Assembly: GCA_964448755.1 (NCBI GenBank)
Contig: CAYUXF010000001.1
Span: 1 to 60,866 of the forward strand
DNA from: an uncultured bacterium
Lineage (GTDB): Bacteria > Margulisbacteria > Termititenacia > Termititenacales > CAYUXF01
Direction of reading: 5' to 3'
Length of the DNA: 60,866 nucleotides
A program made the position numbers and the translations under genes. How positions within the stretch are numbered: the stretch's first letter is position 1; the number at the start of each line of letters is the position of its first letter. The notes under the pieces were generated by a model, which saw only the letters and a list, made by a program, of their open reading frames with translations, searched no databases and was not told the origin of the DNA. This document shows positions 54,697-60,866 of this stretch, in pieces.

Positions 54697-56436
54697 TTAT
54701 TGTTGAAAATCTTTCTCCAGAATTTCCAAAAGCGGCTGATATTTAATTAACTCTTGCTCTAGAGCAAAAGGGTTTTTTAAGCGCAGACCAAAATCGTAAC
54801 CCCAGCCATACTTGCCGTTATAACACCAATACGAGTAATTAATATTATGCTTGCCAAAAACTTTTAAAATATCTTTAGTCCATGTTTCGCGGCTGGCCAT
54901 TTCCGCAAAAGCCACCGAACCAAATTCACTGATATAAATTGGCACATTCTGCTCTTTGGCAAAAGAGACAAAATTCTTACTGACCAGTTCGTTTAAATAT
55001 TTAATATCGTATTTGATCTCTTTGCCCTGATACCAGGAGATCCCCACCCATAAGGCATTGCCGTTAGCTGTTTTTATCCAGCACTCCATTTCATATTCAC
55101 AGCCCGGTTTGGGCTCAATATAAAACTGTCTGGGATCAAGTGTCCAGTTGGCTATCTGCTGCGAACGGTTCTCTAAGCTAATACAATATTTGTCATTTAC
55201 ACCTTCTGTTGTTTCTAAACGGTAAGAAGGTATCTTATTTTTATTTCTTTCCAGTTCATACTTTTCAGAATAATAAGTATCCCACCAAATATAGTCGATA
55301 TCCTTATACATTTTTATGCCGTTAATATCGGCAATATCCGGCAAGTAGGGTTTAAAATCAGGGTTGGGGAGACTGAGCTCTATCTTTTCACCCTCCGGCG
55401 TTATTTCATAGACCCGCACCCGGTCAAAATAAAAACGCCCTTTGCCCTGCGCCGCACTCAGCACAGGATTACCATAATCGGCACCAGCTGGCGGCACAAT
55501 ATTGGAAATTTTTACATGAAACCAGCCGCTGGCGGTTTTTTCTACTACCGTATTGCCGCCCTGACTCTCAAGATAATTAGCATACTCATAAGCTATTAAA
55601 GGATACTTGATCCCTTTAACTAAAAACTCGTGCGTATTCTGGTGCGTAAAGTGGATCGGCTCATAAAAGTGATAAGTGTAAACCACATTACCATCATTAA
55701 ACTTTCTTTTGAATTGAATGAACCGCCAGTCAATATTCCGGGTACCGTCGCTATTAAACCCGACCGTCTGGCCAATAGGGTTACAGACAAAGAAAATATG
55801 ATTTTGATCTATCTGCCGCATAGCCTGCAAAAAACCATCTATTTTTTCATACCAGGCTTGTTCTGTCATAACCTCTAAGAGCGGCAGGTTCGGCTCATTA
55901 AAAAATTCCCAGCCAATAATTATTTCTTTATTCGAATATTTTGTTAAAAAATCCTGCCAAAAATTTTCAAATTGTTGCCAGAGAGTTTCATTTTCAAAAA
56001 TAGAGGGCTGCGTCGGGCGGACTGCACCGGCATAACCGGGCGGCACATGCAAATTAACAATGACATGTATTTTATTCTCTTCAAAAATTTTCAGCATTCT
56101 TTCAAAATATTGAAAATTTTTCTCGCGCTGTGGGTTATCAACCGCAAAAAGTTCATAGTTAAAACAGTAGCGGACAGCAGTAACCCCGCTCTTCCTCATA
56201 GCCGCAACATCTTGCACTGAAACACTCCAGCTCAACTCGGTCAGATCAAGCGGCATCTCAACCTGGTTAATATTTTCATTCCAGCGCGAAAATATGCCAT
56301 TCTCCAGGGCATAACCTTTTATTTTAAATTCTTCTTGTGTCTCTTTAAAAACGATTCTATTTTCTGAAACTACTAAAAAAGCGGGCAATACCCCCCAGCA
56401 GAAAATAATAAACAACAATAATTTAATTTTTCTCAT
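54697..56436 (-). CDS. GH5-family glycoside hydrolase with a large internal insertion
   Basis: 579 aa with a signal peptide. Acid/base motif WEFFNEPN (about residue 180), YHFYEP (about 255) and nucleophile motif YISEFG (about 504). Confidence 0.75.
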   Translation of the reverse strand: MRKIKLLLFIIFCWGVLPAFLVVSENRIVFKETQEEFKIKGYALENGIFSRWNENINQVEMPLDLTELSWSVSVQDVAAMRKSGVTAVRYCFNYELFAVDNPQREKNFQYFERMLKIFEENKIHVIVNLHVPPGYAGAVRPTQPSIFENETLWQQFENFWQDFLTKYSNKEIIIGWEFFNEPNLPLLEVMTEQAWYEKIDGFLQAMRQIDQNHIFFVCNPIGQTVGFNSDGTRNIDWRFIQFKRKFNDGNVVYTYHFYEPIHFTHQNTHEFLVKGIKYPLIAYEYANYLESQGGNTVVEKTASGWFHVKISNIVPPAGADYGNPVLSAAQGKGRFYFDRVRVYEITPEGEKIELSLPNPDFKPYLPDIADINGIKMYKDIDYIWWDTYYSEKYELERNKNKIPSYRLETTEGVNDKYCISLENRSQQIANWTLDPRQFYIEPKPGCEYEMECWIKTANGNALWVGISWYQGKEIKYDIKYLNELVSKNFVSFAKEQNVPIYISEFGSVAFAEMASRETWTKDILKVFGKHNINYSYWCYNGKYGWGYDFGLRLKNPFALEQELIKYQPLLEILEKDFQQ

Positions 56437-56487
56437 AAAATATTTTTAATCTCGAGATAAATAATAATTTATACTATACTATAAATT

Positions 56488-57738
56488 ATGCTAAGTATAA
56501 AAGTATATTCTAATACTCTGCCACCCGCGCTGGCTAAAAAATTAGAAACTACCATAGAAAACAAAACTTATGTTCTTTACCTAAACAATGAAATCATTGG
56601 CCATGGCCAACTCTTGCTGCACAAAAGTGGTGAGATAGAACTCGCCTATATTGAAATAAAAAAAGAGTTACGCGGACAGCAACTGGGAAAAAGGCTAGTC
56701 AATTTTATGATCTGGAATTCCCCTTTTGAAAAAATAACAGCAACCAGCATCACGCCAGAATTCTTTTTAAAACTGGGATTTACCGTCCAGCCAAAATTCC
56801 CGTCGTTCGTTGATCACAGCAGCCGAGAATGCCGCGAGAACTGCCAGCCACATAAATGCACTTCACTGCTCTTTGAAAAAGCTTCTTTTCTAAAAAAAGC
56901 CAGCGAATACCCGGCGCTACAAAAGAAATACTTCGAACTAATAAAGGGATCAAATACACTGCTAAGTGACTTTTCAATAACTAATAATATAATGTGGGAT
57001 TTTATAGAGAATCATTATTATATAGAAATAGCTGGTTTTGTTTTTTTAGTTGTCTTTCCGTTCGACCACGAACCCTGCTCGTTAATTCCACCCGTTAAAA
57101 ACATTCCAGCTGAAACAATAGAAACATTGTTGAAAAAATTAAAATCAGCAAATATCAAACATATTCGCAGCTTGACCTGTATTAACAAAAATCTTTTTAG
57201 TCATCAGACAGCAACAGAGAACCGCAATAATTTTGATTACCTCTATCTAACCAAAGAATTCGCCTCTTTTGCCGGCAAAAAATTTGAAAAAAAGAGAAAT
57301 CGTTTAAAGAAATTTTTGCGCGATTTTCCTGATTATCAACTGACCAATGTTTTACCACAACACCACCAAGAGATTATCGCTTTTGTCCAAAAAGTTTGCC
57401 CACAACAACAAATAGCGCCAATCTATTGCTCTGAAGTTCTTGGTAGCGGTTTAAAAGAAAATTTATTAGCGGGGTTTTTTGTTACAATTAAAGGGAATAT
57501 AGCCGGTTGTCTTTTTTACAGCGAATCGAACAGCAAAACGATCAATGTCCACTTTGAGTTTATTGATTCCATTTATGACGGCATTGCTCAATTTTTGAAT
57601 AATCAGCTGGGAAAAATGGTCGAACACAAATATGATTTTATTAACCGAGAAATAGATCTAGGATTACCTGGCTTAAGAAAATCTAAATTATCTTATCGTC
57701 CTTATCGCTTGTTAAAAAAATACGACCTGGTTATTTAG
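56488..57738 (+). CDS. GNAT acetyltransferase fused to a DUF2156-like (MprF C-terminal-like) domain
   Basis: 416 aa. N-terminal GNAT motif IEIKKELRGQQLGKRLV. The C-terminal ~280 aa resemble DUF2156. Assigned from memory of the family pattern and not verified. Confidence 0.6.
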   Translation: MLSIKVYSNTLPPALAKKLETTIENKTYVLYLNNEIIGHGQLLLHKSGEIELAYIEIKKELRGQQLGKRLVNFMIWNSPFEKITATSITPEFFLKLGFTVQPKFPSFVDHSSRECRENCQPHKCTSLLFEKASFLKKASEYPALQKKYFELIKGSNTLLSDFSITNNIMWDFIENHYYIEIAGFVFLVVFPFDHEPCSLIPPVKNIPAETIETLLKKLKSANIKHIRSLTCINKNLFSHQTATENRNNFDYLYLTKEFASFAGKKFEKKRNRLKKFLRDFPDYQLTNVLPQHHQEIIAFVQKVCPQQQIAPIYCSEVLGSGLKENLLAGFFVTIKGNIAGCLFYSESNSKTINVHFEFIDSIYDGIAQFLNNQLGKMVEHKYDFINREIDLGLPGLRKSKLSYRPYRLLKKYDLVI

Positions 57739-58729
57739 CTCTAAGTTTATTTACAAAAGGTAACTGGACAATTTTAGCTCTAATTTTTTTATCCCGTATC
57801 TCCACAAAAACCTCATCACCAAGCACTTTATTTTCTACTACTGCCATGGCAATTGGCTCATTTAAGCTTGGAGAAAAAGTACCGGAAGTGACCTCCCCTA
57901 TCTCTTTGTTTTCAGAATCAAACAACAAATAACCCTGACGCGGCACACCGCGCTCTATCATTTTCAAGCCAACAATAGTATCAGATTTCATCGAGCTCCA
58001 TTCATCTTTAAGTTCATGTCCGTAGAGAGGCATCCCCGCTTCTATTCTAAGGGTATCGCGCGCACCAAGACCTATTGGCAGCGCCCCTTCAGAAATGAGC
58101 AGATTCCAAACCTCAACACAGGTCTCCGGCGCCAACATTATTTCAAAGCCTGGCTCTCCAGTGTAACCGGTCCGTGAAATAATACAGTCAATTTCATCTT
58201 CCAACTCTGTCGCGACAAAACCATAGTAAGGGATCTTATCGAGTTCTTCTCTGGTCAACCGCTGTAAAATTTCTTCCGCCTGCGGTCCCTGTAAAGAAAT
58301 AATATGCAAACCCATCATCTCAAAATCGATACCATGTTCTTTGAAAAACGCAATATCTTTTTCAACATTAGAAGCATTAAAAACAGCTAAAAAATTCTCA
58401 TAATCACGATAAACCAAAATATCATCAACTACACCTTCTGTTTTATTAATAATACGATTATATTTTATCCGGCCCTGTTTAATATTATCTATTGGCCGCA
58501 AGAGAACCTGACATTGATTAGCCAGTAACTTCTCAGGGTTATTGCATTTAACAACGCCCATATGGCCAACATCAAAAACTCCTGCATTCTCTCTGACAAA
58601 ACGGTGCTCTTCCATAACGCCCTGCAGATATTGAACAGGCATCTCCCAACCGGCAAAAGGGACCATTTTGGCCTGTAACTTAATATGTTCATCATATAAC
58701 GGAGTTCTTTTTAGTATTGATGACATCAT
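57731..58729 (-). CDS. gcvT: glycine cleavage system aminomethyltransferase T
   Basis: 332 aa. TPLYDEHIKLQAKMVPFAGWEMPVQY N-terminus and RTGYTGEPGFE. Confidence 0.85.
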   Translation of the reverse strand: MMSSILKRTPLYDEHIKLQAKMVPFAGWEMPVQYLQGVMEEHRFVRENAGVFDVGHMGVVKCNNPEKLLANQCQVLLRPIDNIKQGRIKYNRIINKTEGVVDDILVYRDYENFLAVFNASNVEKDIAFFKEHGIDFEMMGLHIISLQGPQAEEILQRLTREELDKIPYYGFVATELEDEIDCIISRTGYTGEPGFEIMLAPETCVEVWNLLISEGALPIGLGARDTLRIEAGMPLYGHELKDEWSSMKSDTIVGLKMIERGVPRQGYLLFDSENKEIGEVTSGTFSPSLNEPIAMAVVENKVLGDEVFVEIRDKKIRAKIVQLPFVNKLRAK

Positions 58730-58759
58730 TGATTCTCCTAGAATTATTTTAATGATCTA

Positions 58760-59827
58760 CTAATTAGCTAAATATTTTTTCAAACACTCTATAAAAAAAG
58801 AATTTTGTTCAGGAGTACCAATAGTCACGCGAATAGCATCACTGACGCCAAACCCTTTCATCGGTCTGATAGTAACACCCATTGCCATCAGTTTTTCAAA
58901 AGCGTCCAGACAATCGCGACCTATTCTAACAAAAATAAAGTTGGCCTCTGTCTGACAGTACTGCAAGCCAAGTTCAGAAAATTTCTCATATAAAAAAGCA
59001 CGTCCTATATTATTGACCTCCAGCGAACGCCAGATAAACTCTTCATCATCAAGAGCTGCCAAGGCCGCCTCTTGCGCAAAAGAATTGACATTAAAAGGTT
59101 CGCGAGCTTTGTTTAAATTATTGATCAGTTCCGGATCACCAATGGCATAACCAACACGCAATCCTGCCAGACCATATATTTTAGAAAAAGTTCTGGTGAT
59201 CAGCATATTCTTATACTTTGGTAAAAAAGTTATCGTGTCTGGATACTCTTCAGTCATAACATATTCATAATAAGCTTCATCCACCACAACCAAAATATCA
59301 TCAGGAACTTTGAGCATAAATTCTTCAAACTCTTTAACAGTAAAAAAAGTACCTGTCGGATTATTGGGATTACAAAGAAAAATAACTTTAGTTTGCGGCG
59401 TAATCGCTTTAGCTATGGCGGTCAATTGAAAGCGGTCATCAGTCATTGGGGCATAGACCGGTGTAGCGCCAAATAATTTAGCAGCAAATGTATATTCGGA
59501 AAAAGTGCACTCAGATGTCAGCATTTCGTCACCAGGATTTAAAAGCGCGGCAGCAATAAAAATAAAAATTTCGTCCGAACCATTGCCAAGAATAAAATTC
59601 TCGGGCTTAAGTAAATACTTTTGTGCTAGGCGCTCTTTGAGCTTAACACAACCACCGTCAGGATAAAGCGCTACATTCTCCACCGCTTTTTTTAAAGCGG
59701 CCTGTGCTAAAGGAGAGGTCCCCAGCGGGTTTTCATTAGAAGCCAGTTTAATAGCTCCTTCTTTTAATTTACCTGGAACATACGGTTTAATTTCTGCAAT
59801 ATTGTTTTTTATTTTCATGACTGGCAT
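58760..59827 (-). CDS. hisC: histidinol-phosphate aminotransferase
   Basis: 355 aa. LASNENPLG, and TFSKIYGLAGLRVGY containing the PLP-binding Lys. Confidence 0.9.
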   Translation of the reverse strand: MPVMKIKNNIAEIKPYVPGKLKEGAIKLASNENPLGTSPLAQAALKKAVENVALYPDGGCVKLKERLAQKYLLKPENFILGNGSDEIFIFIAAALLNPGDEMLTSECTFSEYTFAAKLFGATPVYAPMTDDRFQLTAIAKAITPQTKVIFLCNPNNPTGTFFTVKEFEEFMLKVPDDILVVVDEAYYEYVMTEEYPDTITFLPKYKNMLITRTFSKIYGLAGLRVGYAIGDPELINNLNKAREPFNVNSFAQEAALAALDDEEFIWRSLEVNNIGRAFLYEKFSELGLQYCQTEANFIFVRIGRDCLDAFEKLMAMGVTIRPMKGFGVSDAIRVTIGTPEQNSFFIECLKKYLAN

Positions 59828-59872
59828 TTAAACATATTTTAAATTTTTCTTAAATAGCAATTTAAAAAATGC

Positions 59873-59904
59873 AAAAAAAAAGCCCTGTACTTTAGTACAG
59901 GGCT
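59873..59904 (-). terminator. Rho-independent terminator after tuf
   Basis: AGCCCTGTAC-ttta-GTACAGGGCT 10-bp stem, followed on the minus strand by T8. Confidence 0.75.
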
Positions 59905-59931
59905 TTTAAATTTAAAAAGATCTAAAAACTA

Positions 59932-60866
59932 TTATTCAATAATTTTAGAAACAACGCCGGAACCTACTGTTCTGCCACCTTCACGGATAGCAAAACGCAA
60001 GCCCTGTTCAATAGCAACCGGAGTGATCAACTCAATTTTCATTGTAATGTTGTCACCAGGCATTACCATTTCAACACCGTCCGGCAGAACAATTTTACCG
60101 GTTACGTCTGTTGTTCTGATATAGAACTGAGGCTGGTAACCTTTGAAGAAAGGAGTATGACGTCCACCTTCTTCTTTTTTAAGAACGTAAACTTCGGCCT
60201 CAAACTTTGTATGAGGGTTAATAGAACCTGTTTTACAAAGAACCTGTCCTGTTTCAATATCTTTCTTTTCAACACCTCTTAAAAGCAGACCAACGTTATC
60301 ACCGCACTGACCTTCATCAAGTACTTTTCTAAACATTTCAACGCCGGTAATAGTGGTCTTTTTTCTTTCGTCGGTCATACCGATAATTTCAACTTCTTCG
60401 CCAACTTTAACAATACCTCTCTCGATTCTACCGGTAGCAACTGTACCACGGCCGGTAATAGAGAAAACGTCTTCAACTGGCATTAAGAAAGGCTTATCGA
60501 TATCTCTTTCTGGAACAGGAATATAAGAATCAACAGCATCCATCAATTCCATAATCTTAGCAGCATATTCGGCATCACCTTCCAGCGCCTTAAGAGCAGA
60601 ACCTCTAATGATCGGTGTAGCATCACCAGGGAAATTGTAGTTACTCAATAACTCTCTAACTTCCATTTCAACCAGGTCCAGCAATTCCGGATCATCAACC
60701 ATATCGCATTTATTTAAGAAAACAACGATATAAGGAACGTTTACCTGACGAGCCAGTAGAATGTGTTCACGTGTCTGAGGCATCGGACCATCAGCAGCAG
60801 AAACTACCAGAATAGCGCCGTCCATCTGCGCAGCACCAGTGATCATGTTTTTAACATAGTCAGCGT
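59932..60866 (-). CDS. tuf: elongation factor Tu (5' end lies beyond the window)
   Basis: The translation is unmistakably EF-Tu from the G3 region onward ([20 protein letters not shown] ... GVVSKIIE). The frame stays open to the window edge. Confidence 0.97.
   Translation of the reverse strand, partial: ADYVKNMITGAAQMDGAILVVSAADGPMPQTREHILLARQVNVPYIVVFLNKCDMVDDPELLDLVEMEVRELLSNYNFPGDATPIIRGSALKALEGDAEYAAKIMELMDAVDSYIPVPERDIDKPFLMPVEDVFSITGRGTVATGRIERGIVKVGEEVEIIGMTDERKKTTITGVEMFRKVLDEGQCGDNVGLLLRGVEKKDIETGQVLCKTGSINPHTKFEAEVYVLKKEEGGRHTPFFKGYQPQFYIRTTDVTGKIVLPDGVEMVMPGDNITMKIELITPVAIEQGLRFAIREGGRTVGSGVVSKIIE

Noticed and set aside
1-60866. CRISPR arrays, IS elements or transposases, integrases, prophage genes, reverse transcriptases, and rRNA, RNase P, SRP or 6S RNA genes
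   Set aside because: I saw no regularly spaced direct repeats, no ORF with transposase, integrase or RT motifs, and no non-coding gap long enough or carrying the conserved motifs of these RNAs. This is a by-eye scan only, so short or degenerate elements could have been missed.

Overview
Compact, AT-leaning bacterial chromosomal window of about 61 kb, dominated by housekeeping genes. The organism looks diderm (LptB plus an LptF/G permease, TolC, an AsmA-like protein, a beta-barrel OMP) and also encodes SepF, which suggests an uncultivated low-GC diderm lineage. Placing it further needs a database search.

Content in order:
- radical SAM gene coupled to trmB
- ParE/Phd toxin-antitoxin pair with a palindromic operator
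- tyrA, murG
- a lone prepilin-type pilin
- gmk-rpoZ-coaC-coaB followed by a truncated priA
- GTP-type PEP carboxykinase plus a large PEP/pyruvate-binding protein
- TolC-MacA-MacB efflux operon
- patatin, MarC, a flavodoxin/ferredoxin fusion, a DEAD-box helicase
- tRNA-Leu, lptFG-lptB, a GT39 glycosyltransferase
- tRNA-Thr, an AsmA-like gene
- rodA-mrdA-mreD-mreC, lepB, rplS, sepF
- hrcA-grpE-dnaK-dnaJ with a CIRCE element
- a partial dcw cluster (mraY-murD-X-ftsW)
- GH94 phosphorylase, ilvE, a GH5 enzyme, a GNAT/DUF2156-like fusion, gcvT, hisC, and a partial tuf

I saw no CRISPR array, transposase, integrase, reverse transcriptase or recognisable multi-gene defence operon, and I cannot point to a clear-cut novel multi-gene system. 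The strongest candidates for something undescribed are:
- a GC-rich, hairpin-dense element of about 190 nt just downstream of tRNA-Thr; it ends in an exact copy of the tRNA 3' end and sits upstream of an AT-rich orphan gene
- a tRNA-Leu with anticodon AAG
- a 632-aa orphan gene wedged between murD and ftsW, followed by a small ORF, a sigma factor and a GT4 transferase
- a PEPCK gene paired with a pseudo-KaiC/PPDK_N protein next to a priA remnant
- a degenerate sigma-54-activator-like protein upstream of a probably leaderless hrcA

All functional calls come from motif recognition by eye in the supplied translations. No searches or computations were run.
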